DNA of 64,000 bases from an uncultured Eubacteriaceae bacterium (GCA_964581565.1 CAZOOZ010000010.1:1239-65238); one strand, 5' to 3'. Shown: positions 38,133 through 47,575, numbered from the stretch's first letter. Notes: generated by a model not told the origin, from the letters alone. Numbers and translations: made by a program.

Positions 38133-39275
38133 ATGAAATACAGACAATTTAAAAATGGTCTTGAAATATCGCAACTGGGTCTTGGCTGTATGCGCTTTCC
38201 CGTACTTGAAGGCGACAATTCAAAAATAGACGAAGCACATGCCGAGAAAATGATACTTTATGCCTATGAAAACGGGGTCAATTATTTTGACACCGCCTAT
38301 CCCTATCATGGCGGCATGTCTGAAAAATTTGTAGGAAACGTATTAAAAAACAACGGCATCAGAGAAAAAATCCATTTAACGACCAAAAATCCGACATGGT
38401 TTGTAGAGCAGCATGCAGACTATTACAAGCTGTTTAACGAGCAACTTAGCAACCTGCAGACCGATTATCTTGACTTTTATCTTCTTCACGCACTCAATGC
38501 CCCTTCCTGGCATAATGCAAAAAAGCACGATCCTTTTACTTTTATGGATAAAATCAAAAAAGACGGCACCGTCAAACAAATGGGATTTTCTTTTCATGAT
38601 AATTTAAAGGTATTTAAAGAAATTCTCGATTCGTATGATTGGGATTTTTGCCAGATACAATTGAATTATATGGATGAGCATTTCCAGGCCGGACTTGAGG
38701 GCCTTGCATATGCGGCCAGCAAAAATATTCCCGTCGTGATCATGGAGCCGCTCAAAGGCGGAAGACTCTCAGCCACACTCACTCCGACAATGCAGCAATT
38801 ATTTGATAAGAATCATGTTGAAATATCCATGGTGGAACTTGGACTTAAATATTTATTCAATCTGCCACAGATAAGCTGTGTACTCAGCGGTGCCAGCAGC
38901 CTGGAGCAGATTACACAAAACATAGATACCGCATCTGTATACGGTGTGGACGATTTGACCGCAAATGAAAAACAACTGATTGAAGATTTAAGAGAATTTT
39001 ATAACTCGCGCACTAAAGTACCCTGTACAGGTTGCCTCTACTGTGTGGACGGCTGCCCGCAAAAAATACCGATCAATCTTATATTCTCACTCTACAACGG
39101 AAGATATATTTATGAAAATGCCCCCATCACAAAAATACAATATAACGCGCATGTGCCGCTAAAAAGACGTCCGGATAACTGCATTGAATGCGGTCAGTGC
39201 GAAGAACACTGTCCGCAAAATATTAATATCATCGAGCAACTCAAGATTGCGCATGAAGATATTTTAAGCATTTAA
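38133..39275 (+). CDS. Aldo/keto reductase with C-terminal 4Fe-4S ferredoxin-type domain
   Basis: AKR N-terminal pattern (LGLGCMRF, YFDTAYPYHGG). C-terminal CTGCLYCVDGCP and CIECGQCEEHCP. Confidence 0.85.
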   Translation: MKYRQFKNGLEISQLGLGCMRFPVLEGDNSKIDEAHAEKMILYAYENGVNYFDTAYPYHGGMSEKFVGNVLKNNGIREKIHLTTKNPTWFVEQHADYYKLFNEQLSNLQTDYLDFYLLHALNAPSWHNAKKHDPFTFMDKIKKDGTVKQMGFSFHDNLKVFKEILDSYDWDFCQIQLNYMDEHFQAGLEGLAYAASKNIPVVIMEPLKGGRLSATLTPTMQQLFDKNHVEISMVELGLKYLFNLPQISCVLSGASSLEQITQNIDTASVYGVDDLTANEKQLIEDLREFYNSRTKVPCTGCLYCVDGCPQKIPINLIFSLYNGRYIYENAPITKIQYNAHVPLKRRPDNCIECGQCEEHCPQNINIIEQLKIAHEDILSI

Positions 39276-39296
39276 TCTCATTTATCTATAAAGAAA

Positions 39297-39322
39297 AGCA
39301 GAGAGTCTCTCTGCTTTTTTGT
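39297..39322. terminator. Bidirectional terminator between the AKR and cupin genes
   Basis: AGCAGAGAG/CTCTCTGCT palindrome followed by TTTTTT. Confidence 0.75.
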
Positions 39323-39664
39323 TTATTTATATAATATCAATGCAATCATTTCCAAAACATCATCACCTATGTTTTTTAAGCTGTGAAACTCCTGATCGTT
39401 GGTGACGCAAACATCTCCTTCGTAAACTTCCACATCTTTTCCGTTATCGTGGAAAAACCCATGTCCTTTGATAATGTAATACCATTCTGTCTCCCCTACA
39501 TGTTGATGATAACTAATAGAGCTTTGCGGCTCCAACCAGATATGATTAAACATCCTGCCTTTATCATTGAGCTTATCTGATGGCAACACCATCCTCACAA
39601 GCGCTTTGCCTTCTCCCTCGCCGCCAAGTTTTTCTTTTACGGACTGACTTGTCTTTAAAACCAT
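39323..39664 (-). CDS. Cupin domain protein
   Basis: 113 aa with HQHVGETEWYYIIKG and a later H, the cupin motifs 1 and 2. Confidence 0.7.
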   Translation of the reverse strand: MVLKTSQSVKEKLGGEGEGKALVRMVLPSDKLNDKGRMFNHIWLEPQSSISYHQHVGETEWYYIIKGHGFFHDNGKDVEVYEGDVCVTNDQEFHSLKNIGDDVLEMIALILYK

Positions 39665-39735
39665 GCTATCAAACCTCCTTATTTCATTTAGTACTATTAT
39701 ATCATCGATTTAAACATTTTCAATGCTCAATTTAT

Positions 39736-39749
39736 CGAACATATGTTTG
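39736..39749. promoter_or_regulatory. Cheo-box-like LexA operator CGAACATATGTTTG
   Basis: 13/14 match to the Firmicutes consensus CGAAC-N4-GTTCG. It lies 38 nt upstream of the radical SAM gene ATG and overlaps a TTGATT-17-TATACT promoter-like element (39747-39775). Confidence 0.55.
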
Positions 39750-39786
39750 ATTTTTTACTGTTATCGTGCTATACTGTTTTCGGGTG

Positions 39787-41046
39787 ATGAAATTGATTAC
39801 GGAGAATACTTTAGAAAAATTAAAAATATTGTCAGACGCGGCAAAGTATGACGCATCCTGCGCATCGTCGTTTACAGGTCCGTCGCAAAAACATGCTATG
39901 CATTCTTATAATGGTTCAGGTATCTGCCACAGCTATACCTCCGACGGCAGATGCGTCTCGCTTTTGAAAGTGTTATTTACGAATAAATGTATTTATAACT
40001 GTATGTATTGCGTAAACAAAATAAGCAACGACTGCAAACGGGCCAGCTTTAACAGCGAAGAGCTTGCGGCCCTTACACATGAATTCTATAGACGCAATTA
40101 TATATCGGGCTTATTTTTAAGCTCTGCAGTCGAGCATTCCCCCACCCGCACACAGGAAAATATATATAAAACACTCTATCTTTTACGTAAAAAATATACC
40201 TTTGGCGGCTACATCCACGCCAAAGCCATCGCAGGCGCTGACTTGTCTTTAATTGAATCCTGCGCCTATTTGGCTGACAGGATGAGCGTGAATATTGAGC
40301 TTCCCAGCCGGCAGAGCTTACGTTTGCTGGCTCCTCAAAAAAGCTATGAAGAGATCTTAAAGCCGATTGGATATCTCTGTGAGCGCACCACGAAAGCTTT
40401 GCCGGCTTCAGAGGGCGGCAGGCATTCCCGCTTTATTCCCGGCGGTCAATCGACACAGATGATCATTGGCGCAAGCAAGGATTCAGATTACCAAATACTG
40501 CAGACCAGCAAATATTTATATCAGAAAATGAATCTATCACGTGTGACGTATTCGGCCTATATCCCTGTCAATGACAGCACTCTGTTGCCTTCCATATATA
40601 CTAAAATACCTTTAAAACGCGAGAACAGGCTGTATCAGGCAGATTGGCTGATGCGCTACTACCATTTTGATGCCGACGAACTGCTCGACGAGCAGACAGA
40701 AAACTTTGATTTAAATTTAGATCCAAAAACAAACTGGGCGATTAGGAATTACGCGCTCTTTCCTATCGAGATTACCAAGGCCGATTATAAAACACTGCTG
40801 CGCATTCCGGGAATCGGTCGAAGAAGTGCGGCAAGAATTATTTCGTTTCGTTCTAAGGCTTTTATTGATTATGATGCGCTAAAAAAATTAGGTGTTGTAT
40901 TAAAACGAGCCAAATATTTTATCACCTTAAACGGCAAAAGCATTCTTTATAAAAATTATTATGCCGAAGATTTACATCTTATTTTAAGCGATAAGCAGTA
41001 TAAACAATTGTCATTTTTAAATAAGGAAGGAAAAATACTTTCATGA
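39787..41046 (+). CDS. Putative DNA modification/repair radical SAM protein (TIGR03916-like) with C-terminal helix-hairpin-helix
   Basis: N-terminal KILSDAAKYDASCASS, CxxxCxxC (CIYNCMYC) and HhH LLRIPGIGRRSAARII. I placed the start at the ATG at 39787, because the GTG at 39766 lies inside the promoter-like element. Confidence 0.75.
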   Translation: MKLITENTLEKLKILSDAAKYDASCASSFTGPSQKHAMHSYNGSGICHSYTSDGRCVSLLKVLFTNKCIYNCMYCVNKISNDCKRASFNSEELAALTHEFYRRNYISGLFLSSAVEHSPTRTQENIYKTLYLLRKKYTFGGYIHAKAIAGADLSLIESCAYLADRMSVNIELPSRQSLRLLAPQKSYEEILKPIGYLCERTTKALPASEGGRHSRFIPGGQSTQMIIGASKDSDYQILQTSKYLYQKMNLSRVTYSAYIPVNDSTLLPSIYTKIPLKRENRLYQADWLMRYYHFDADELLDEQTENFDLNLDPKTNWAIRNYALFPIEITKADYKTLLRIPGIGRRSAARIISFRSKAFIDYDALKKLGVVLKRAKYFITLNGKSILYKNYYAEDLHLILSDKQYKQLSFLNKEGKILS

Positions 41047-41774
41047 TTATATGTTATGACAACACATTTGAAGGCCTGCTCAGTGCGCTATATACTTACT
41101 ACACAACCGGTGCTGAAAGTATCCTTGCTTCCTCTTCCGATTTGTTTTTATTGGATACCCAGCTTCATCAGACAAATATGCTTCATGCCGCAAAAACAAG
41201 AGACAGGCTTTTATTGAAATTCGGCGTTGAGGTCTATGAGAATATTTACTATGCATTTATTTATGATGCAATCGACAAAGAGAACAGTATCATAGAATAT
41301 ATAAATTCACTTATAAACAAAAATATATGTTATAATGAGGCAATGCATAAAATATACTCTTACAAAAGAGCAATTATAAATGCCATCAACCGCTATCACG
41401 GTTTTCTGCGTTTCATAGACATCGGTGGTTTTTTATATGCCAAATATGAACCAGCCTATGATATCACGATTTTGCTGACCGATTTTTTCGACACGCGCCT
41501 TGGCGGCAGCACATATATGATCCACGATTTGAGCCGCAGTAATTTACTCTTGTACAAAGATAAACAACATGTTTTAATCAATCTGAAACATAATGTAGAA
41601 ATTGATTATAATGAAGATGAAACATATATTCAAACGCTGTATCAGGCATATTTTGAAAATATCAGTATAAAGGAGCGGCAAAATTATTCTCTTCAGCGTA
41701 GTTTGTTTCCTCTTAAATACAGAAATCATGCGATTGAATTTGATGGCTTTAGAAACAAAAAAAAGGATAAATAA
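41043..41774 (+). CDS. TIGR03915/DUF4130-like 'probable DNA metabolism' protein
   Basis: 243 aa, 4-nt overlap with the radical SAM gene. The N-terminal YDNTFEGLLSALY pattern is typical of the partner family. Confidence 0.65.
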   Translation: MIICYDNTFEGLLSALYTYYTTGAESILASSSDLFLLDTQLHQTNMLHAAKTRDRLLLKFGVEVYENIYYAFIYDAIDKENSIIEYINSLINKNICYNEAMHKIYSYKRAIINAINRYHGFLRFIDIGGFLYAKYEPAYDITILLTDFFDTRLGGSTYMIHDLSRSNLLLYKDKQHVLINLKHNVEIDYNEDETYIQTLYQAYFENISIKERQNYSLQRSLFPLKYRNHAIEFDGFRNKKKDK

Positions 41775-41826
41775 GCAGATATTGGAAGATAATAATTTTA
41801 GCATAATTCTTATATGGCGGTAATGG

Positions 41827-42648
41827 ATGAAATATCTGAAAGGCTTTATCATACGCGTTTTAAATTCAAATATGCCCAGTATTGCAGCTCAAATGTCTTA
41901 CTATTTGATGCTGTCATTTATTCCTGCCATGATATTCATTCTCTCAATCGCAACAAAACTTTATCTTCCGGCAGATACCATCCTTTCATATCTTGATTTC
42001 ATTATGCCCACAACCGCCTTTGATGCCGTATCTTCTGCAATCAACGAAGTGCTTTCGTCAAATGTGAGCGTTGCAACGCTGGTGCTGTCTTTATGGTTTA
42101 TTATGCTTGGCATCAGAGGTATCATCATCGGTCTTGCTACTTCATATCCGCAGTCGAACCAAAGGCATCCCGTAAAACAGTTTATACTTTCATTCATCTT
42201 CGCAATCCTGCTTGTTATCATTATTATTCTATCTTTGATGCTGATCGTCTTTGGACATTATATAGGCAATCTGATTGAAAGCAGATTCAGTCCGGCTTCG
42301 CATTTGGTGTTTTTAGGCAAACTGATCAGCTATGTCGTCATCTTTTTTATCATGACATTCAGTTTCGGCCTGCTTTACAGATTCGCCCCAAACATCAAAC
42401 TCAGATTCAAAGACATTTTTTACGGCGCCATTTTCAGTTCTTTTGGCTGGATCATCGCATCCCTCTTTTTTAGGTTTTATATTAATAATTTTAGCAGATA
42501 TGGTCTTGTATTCGGCAGCCTGGGGGGAATCTTTGTCTTCTTGTTATGGCTATATTTAACAACCATGATCATTCTTATAGGCAATGAAATCAATGTGTCG
42601 ATCTATACTTATCACTATTCTCCCTCAGACTGGACGAAGACGAAATAA
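41827..42648 (+). CDS. YihY/BrkB family membrane protein
   Basis: 273 aa, multi-TM, with SYYLMLSFIPA and LLWLYL...ILIGNEIN family patterns. Confidence 0.8.
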   Translation: MKYLKGFIIRVLNSNMPSIAAQMSYYLMLSFIPAMIFILSIATKLYLPADTILSYLDFIMPTTAFDAVSSAINEVLSSNVSVATLVLSLWFIMLGIRGIIIGLATSYPQSNQRHPVKQFILSFIFAILLVIIIILSLMLIVFGHYIGNLIESRFSPASHLVFLGKLISYVVIFFIMTFSFGLLYRFAPNIKLRFKDIFYGAIFSSFGWIIASLFFRFYINNFSRYGLVFGSLGGIFVFLLWLYLTTMIILIGNEINVSIYTYHYSPSDWTKTK

Positions 42649-42665
42649 GCGGGACTATGCCCGCT
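42648..42665. terminator. Short hairpin AGCGGG-N6-CCCGCT between convergent genes
   Basis: 6-bp GC stem with only a weak T tract (TATTT on the minus strand). Confidence 0.35.
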
Positions 42666-42701
42666 AATCAATATCAATATATCTATTTCATTTTATGTAT
42701 C

Positions 42702-43241
42702 TTAAAAATATCTTTTCAATAATCCTGCAAAAGCACTCCCGTGCCGTGCCTCGTCTTTACACATTTCATGAACCGTATCATGCACCGCATCGTATCCAAG
42801 TTGTTTTGCAAGTGTTGCCAGTTCTTTTTTCCCCATGCAGGCTCCGCCTTCGGCAGCTACACGCATTTCTAAATTCTTTTTCGTGCTCTCTGTTACGACC
42901 TCTCCAAGCAGCTCAGCAAATTTTGCCGCATGCTCCGCTTCTTCAAAAGCGATTCTTTTATAAGCCTCTGCAACTTCAGGGTAGCCTTCTCTGTCTGCCT
43001 GTCTGCTCATTGCCAGATACATGCCCACCTCGGTGCATTCACCCATAAAATTCAGATTTAATCCTTCAACGACTCTCGGATCCATACCTTCTGTCGAACC
43101 TATAAAATGTTGGTCTGCCCAAGAAAGTGCATCTTCCTTTACCTCTACAAACTTTTCAGCCGGCGCCTTACATTGCGGACATTCTTTTGGCGGCATTTCT
43201 CCTTCGTATGAATAACCGCAAATTGTACATGAATATTTCAT
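42702..43241 (-). CDS. Reverse rubrerythrin (N-terminal rubredoxin-like domain + diiron ferritin-like domain)
   Basis: CTICGY...CPQCKA at the N-terminus, then ExxH motifs ([15 protein letters not shown]). Confidence 0.85.
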   Translation of the reverse strand: MKYSCTICGYSYEGEMPPKECPQCKAPAEKFVEVKEDALSWADQHFIGSTEGMDPRVVEGLNLNFMGECTEVGMYLAMSRQADREGYPEVAEAYKRIAFEEAEHAAKFAELLGEVVTESTKKNLEMRVAAEGGACMGKKELATLAKQLGYDAVHDTVHEMCKDEARHGSAFAGLLKRYF

Positions 43242-43258
43242 AAGATAACCTCCATATT

Positions 43259-43281
43259 TTAATAATAGTAATTATTATTAA
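43259..43281. promoter_or_regulatory. Perfect palindrome TTAATAATA-N5-TATTATTAA; candidate PerR/Fur-family operator
   Basis: 9+9-bp inverted repeat between the predicted -10 and the SD of the rubrerythrin gene. Confidence 0.45.
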
Positions 43282-43296
43282 TTTTATTATGAATTC

Positions 43297-43324
43297 ATTA
43301 TACCTCTATAATTTTAAATGTCAA
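43297..43324 (-). promoter_or_regulatory. Sigma-A promoter of the rubrerythrin gene (TTGACA-16-TATAAT)
   Basis: Consensus hexamers read on the minus strand. Confidence 0.65.
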
Positions 43325-43360
43325 TAGTTAAAAATAAAAAAATTTATATTTTTCAGCAAT

Positions 43361-43385
43361 AAAAAACCGGCTATTTTTGCCGGTC
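43361..43385 (-). terminator. Terminator after the ABC exporter operon
   Basis: On the minus strand: ACCGGC-AAAAATA-GCCGGT followed by TTTTTT. Confidence 0.65.
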
Positions 43386-43406
43386 AAAGAAATTGCATTT
43401 TTAAAT

Positions 43407-45071
43407 TTAAATTTCAATATTTAAAAATAATGTTTTGAATTTTTTTCTGGTAAATTTGTCAAATACAAGAGTACATATAGCAGTGATAATTAACATGAGT
43501 ATAATGACTATTTTTAAATTTGTCAAAAGCCGTACTGCAATATAGGCAATGAGTGCAATAATTAGAATGTATATGATACAAAACAACATCGCAAAGAATA
43601 CATTGAAATTTTGTTTTACGGCTCTTTGCGGATTATCCCAGTTTAAAAGAGGCCTGGATGCATCAATTAAGAATGAAATATAGGCCGTCGGAAGCGAAGC
43701 AATCAACGCCAGCAAAAATGCAGACATCAAAACCGCAAGGCTGATTTTACTTATAATATAGATTGTGATACTGCTCACCGCAATCAAAATAATACTTAAA
43801 ACAATTTGTGTCAAAAGCCTTCCGTTTAACTGTTCATCGGTTGTGGTCGGAATTGTCTTTGTGATCCAGATGCTCTGTCCTTCCCGCGAAAAAGTGGTGG
43901 ATAGCACCGGTGAGAGCCCGGCAAAAAATGTATAAATAGCCGCCAGAATCAATATGGCTATTTCCTTATGGGACGCAACCGCAGTAAAATCAATTTGTTC
44001 CTTCATTCCCGAGGCATAAAACATGACTAAAATCACGATGGGAATCACAAAAGCCGTACCCAGGCAATTAAACATATAGATCGGCGTCCGGAGTATCATT
44101 CTCATATCGTTTTTAAAAATAGCCATTACAGGGCTGCTTGTCTGATACTCTATATTTTTGCTTCGTTGTCTGATTTTGCCTGTGTTGGATGAGGCAAGAA
44201 TAGAATGAATATATACTTTTTTGCCTAAGAGCACACATAAAAACAACACTGCCGCCGTAATAAACAAATAGGAAAACAAATATACGAATGCACTGATACT
44301 GTTATAAAAAACCAACGCTTTTGAAGCGATGACAGCGGGGAAAAATATTCTTGTGATGCTGCTAAGCAACGCATTGGAATTCTGTAAAAAATATGCGATC
44401 GTCTCCGAAGTATTACCTCCCATGGAAGACGTGAGTTTTGTATTGATAAATTGAAAAGCGATAATAAAACCAAGCGTTAAAAACAAAGTAATGAGTTGGA
44501 TTTTGTCTCTTTTTATTTTAAAGCTCGCGCCTTTCATTAAAAGCATAATAATGACAGCCAAAATTCCCAGCACAATCACAGGTAAAAGCGCCATGACGAT
44601 TACCGCAAGAAAATAATATACGAGGGTGCAGCCCTGTACCACGCCGTATTTAATAATCGCCGGAAGCATAATCGGAAGCACGAAAAAATATTCCGAAATC
44701 GTAATTGTAAGAATTTTAGAAAGCACAATATTACCCGGCCTCAGCGGAAGCGACAGCAACGTATCCAAATCTTTCGCCATATAAAAATAGGCTAAAATAT
44801 AGCTGATGCCAAATATCAAAATCACAACAGAGGTGAGCGCCAAATATTGCGCCAGATAGGCATTTGCCTGATTAAGCATAACGTAGGCATCGTAGAGCAG
44901 CGACGTAAAAGAAATATAAAGAATATATGCCGGAAGCAGGCAAAGCACCAGAACAATAAATAATACAAGCCTTTTCACTGATTTTTTGTTCTTCTTTGAG
45001 TCATATAGCAGTGCAGAAAGTCCATACACACTCTTTAGGCTCACAGAAGTAAGACGTATCAGCTCTTTCAT
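43407..45071 (-). CDS. Large multi-TM putative ABC exporter permease
   Basis: 554 aa with about 12 or more hydrophobic segments. 4-nt overlap with the ABC ATPase gene upstream. Confidence 0.6.
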   Translation of the reverse strand: MKELIRLTSVSLKSVYGLSALLYDSKKNKKSVKRLVLFIVLVLCLLPAYILYISFTSLLYDAYVMLNQANAYLAQYLALTSVVILIFGISYILAYFYMAKDLDTLLSLPLRPGNIVLSKILTITISEYFFVLPIMLPAIIKYGVVQGCTLVYYFLAVIVMALLPVIVLGILAVIIMLLMKGASFKIKRDKIQLITLFLTLGFIIAFQFINTKLTSSMGGNTSETIAYFLQNSNALLSSITRIFFPAVIASKALVFYNSISAFVYLFSYLFITAAVLFLCVLLGKKVYIHSILASSNTGKIRQRSKNIEYQTSSPVMAIFKNDMRMILRTPIYMFNCLGTAFVIPIVILVMFYASGMKEQIDFTAVASHKEIAILILAAIYTFFAGLSPVLSTTFSREGQSIWITKTIPTTTDEQLNGRLLTQIVLSIILIAVSSITIYIISKISLAVLMSAFLLALIASLPTAYISFLIDASRPLLNWDNPQRAVKQNFNVFFAMLFCIIYILIIALIAYIAVRLLTNLKIVIILMLIITAICTLVFDKFTRKKFKTLFLNIEI

Positions 45072-45793
45072 GACTTTGTAATCTCCAGAAAGATTTCTTC
45101 AAGCGAATCGTCTTCGCCGAGTTTTGCTCTTAACTCTTCCACTGTGCCCTGTGCTATCAGTTTGCCTTTATTGATGATTGCCACTCTGTCGCAAATGCGT
45201 TCGGCAACTTCCAAGACATGCGTGGAAAAGAAAATGCTTTTTCCCATTTGACAGTGCTGCTTCATGATTTCTTTTAATGCGAAAGATGACTTTGGATCAA
45301 GGCCGACCATAGGCTCATCGAGAACCATTAGATCAGGCTCATGAAGAAGTGCGGCCGTGAGCACCAGCTTTTGCTGCATACCGTGCGAATAGCTTTCTAT
45401 GATATCGCCAAGCGCGGACTTGATTTCAAATACAGACGCATATTCATCTATTTTCTCGTCTCTTTCTTTTTTTTGTACTTTATACACATCCGCAATAAAA
45501 TTTAAATACTCTATGCCTTTGAGTTTCGTATAGATCTGCGGATTATCGGGGACATAACTGATCCGTTTTTTTGCCTCATAAGGCATCTGCCATACATCAA
45601 CGCCACCGACTTCGATGCTGCCAGAATCAGGCTTTAGCAGCCCCACGATCATTTTGATGGTTGTGGTTTTCCCGGCACCGTTGGGCCCTAAAAATCCAAA
45701 AATCTCTCCATCGTTCACTTCAAGACTCATATTATCAACTGCTTTAAAATTGGCTTTGCCATACGTTTTAGAAAGTTTTTGTATATTCAGCAT
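45068..45793 (-). CDS. ABC transporter ATP-binding protein (ABC-2 / DrrA-like)
   Basis: Walker A GPNGAGKTT, signature YSHGMQQK, Walker B LMVLDEP. Confidence 0.9.
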   Translation of the reverse strand: MLNIQKLSKTYGKANFKAVDNMSLEVNDGEIFGFLGPNGAGKTTTIKMIVGLLKPDSGSIEVGGVDVWQMPYEAKKRISYVPDNPQIYTKLKGIEYLNFIADVYKVQKKERDEKIDEYASVFEIKSALGDIIESYSHGMQQKLVLTAALLHEPDLMVLDEPMVGLDPKSSFALKEIMKQHCQMGKSIFFSTHVLEVAERICDRVAIINKGKLIAQGTVEELRAKLGEDDSLEEIFLEITKS

Positions 45794-45805
45794 ACTTCTC
45801 TCCCA

Positions 45806-47110
45806 TTACAAATTGCTTACAAATGCGTAGATATCATTGATGACATTTGAATCAACGTAGTTTAAATTTGTGTAATCATCGGCCGACATCACAGTAGACG
45901 GCATGAACAGATGGTTTAAATTATCATAAAGTATGTAGGTGACGTTGTCCCTGTCACTCAACCCGTTTTGCCATTTCGCATATTCGCTGAGCGTTACCTG
46001 ATAATCTTTTGCCCCCTGCAAAATCAATATCTTGGCTCTGCTTTTTTTTATCGTCGCTATCGGGTCATACGTCTTTAAATCAAGCCAGTAAGAAGCCTGT
46101 GCACTAAGCAGCTGGCTTGGTAAGTACTCATTGGCATTTTCTTTCGTCAGTGCTTTGATAGCAGCAATTTGTTTATCGTATGTATTGATCTGAGCTTGTT
46201 CGCTTTCCGTGACATTTCCATCAAAATTAGCTAGATAATTGATTTGTGTAAGTATCAAATCCTCAATCGGCGTTACATTGCCCGCCATGATGATGTACCC
46301 GTCGGCCCAGTACAGTTCCTGACTGATTCTGCCCATCAAATATCCCCCGAAACTATGCCCTGCAATATAGATATTTTTAAAGCCCAGACTGTTCATCTTA
46401 TTATACGCATTTACGACATCATCTATTACTTCGTCATAGACCGTGAAGTCGTCTTTTTCTGCCATTTTTTCAGCATATGTATAGGTTCTCTTGTCATACC
46501 GATAGACTGCAACGCCTTTTTGGGCAAGTCCCCAGGCTATATCACGAAAAGGCTTCAACGCCCCCATGCTTTCATTTCTATCCGAAGCACCTGATCCCTG
46601 AACCAATATCACCACTGTGTCACAGCTTCCTTCTTTAGGCGTTGTCAATGTGCCCTGCAGTTCATAAGACCAGCCGATTGATACTTCTTTTTCTTCAATC
46701 GTATCCGGCATTTGCAAATCATCATACGGCTCATAATGAAAACCGCTGATTTTATCTTCATTATCAAAAGTGACTTTAAGAATCAGGCTACCCGACTCAA
46801 AGATTGCCAGATAAGAAACAGTGCCATCTTCATCACTTTGATATTCAAGACTTGTGCGAGAACCTAAAGGTTCAATTGTATCTGCATACGCATTCTCTAA
46901 GACTTTCTGTGTTAATACTGTTGCCATCGCTGCATCATAGTTATACGAATTCAACATTTCATCGAAATCTTTATTTAAAAAATCCGTAATATATTCCTTT
47001 GCAACAGTATTGTTATTTTCATTATTATAAGTGCAGGCAAAAAGTGAAAAAATGCTGCATAATATAAATAAACTTATTATAAAAATAGTGCTAATTTTTT
47101 TCAAAATCAT
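45806..47110 (-). CDS. Lipoprotein: N-terminal DUF3887-like domain fused to an alpha/beta hydrolase
   Basis: Lipobox LFAC, nucleophile elbow GHSFGG. I placed the start at the ATG at 47110 (SD AGGAGT). Confidence 0.7.
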   Translation of the reverse strand: MILKKISTIFIISLFILCSIFSLFACTYNNENNNTVAKEYITDFLNKDFDEMLNSYNYDAAMATVLTQKVLENAYADTIEPLGSRTSLEYQSDEDGTVSYLAIFESGSLILKVTFDNEDKISGFHYEPYDDLQMPDTIEEKEVSIGWSYELQGTLTTPKEGSCDTVVILVQGSGASDRNESMGALKPFRDIAWGLAQKGVAVYRYDKRTYTYAEKMAEKDDFTVYDEVIDDVVNAYNKMNSLGFKNIYIAGHSFGGYLMGRISQELYWADGYIIMAGNVTPIEDLILTQINYLANFDGNVTESEQAQINTYDKQIAAIKALTKENANEYLPSQLLSAQASYWLDLKTYDPIATIKKSRAKILILQGAKDYQVTLSEYAKWQNGLSDRDNVTYILYDNLNHLFMPSTVMSADDYTNLNYVDSNVINDIYAFVSNL

Positions 47111-47176
47111 ACTCCTGCCTATCCAAAAATAAACTGGTGTGCCGTAGCAAACCAGGCACACCACTACTGAATATTA

Positions 47177-47575
47177 TTACTCTGCAGGCGTTACTGTGAA
47201 TCCTGCTATTAATCCGTCTTTATCAAAAGTTACATTCATAGTCAAATCCATCGTCTCAAAACTGACAATTTCATAAACTATATTATAGCCGCTCTGTTCT
47301 TTTGATTGTATCTCGCCTCTTTTTGTTACCTGACCAACTTGTGCATAAAGCGTTTCAGCCGTCTGCTGCAAGAACTCTTCACTGACAGCTTGCTGCATTT
47401 TGCTATCATATTCATAATTTTCCATCATCGCCTTATAATTGCCGTCAAAAAAATCATTGACATAATTTTGCCCTGTCTGCGTGTTATCGGCACTCGTGCC
47501 ACTTGACGACGAACAGGCAAATAAGCTTAAAGCAATCCCGACAGTCATGAATACAAAGAAAATCTTTTTTTTCAT
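47177..47575 (-). CDS. DUF3887-like lipoprotein
   Basis: Lipobox LFAC. YVNDFFDGNYKAMMENYEYD parallels YITDFLNKDFDEMLNSYNYD of the neighbouring gene. I placed the start at the ATG at 47575 (SD AGGGGG). Confidence 0.6.
   Translation of the reverse strand: MKKKIFFVFMTVGIALSLFACSSSSGTSADNTQTGQNYVNDFFDGNYKAMMENYEYDSKMQQAVSEEFLQQTAETLYAQVGQVTKRGEIQSKEQSGYNIVYEIVSFETMDLTMNVTFDKDGLIAGFTVTPAE

Noticed and set aside
39766-39786. GTG start at 39766 for the radical SAM gene (MLYCFRV extension).
   Set aside because: It lies within the TTGATT-17-TATACT promoter-like element. Family members begin near the KLKIL..AAKYD box, so I prefer the ATG at 39787.
41814-41996. 60-aa ORF overlapping the start of the YihY/BrkB gene.
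   Set aside because: It lies in a different frame from a well-supported membrane protein gene and has no motif.
47111-47164. N-terminal extensions of track ORFs: 45806-47164, 47177-47620, 16165-17130, 55394-56254, 48989-49909 and 1710-4007.
   Set aside because: Internal ATGs are preceded by good SDs and give canonical signal peptides, lipoboxes or family N-termini. The extensions have no SD.
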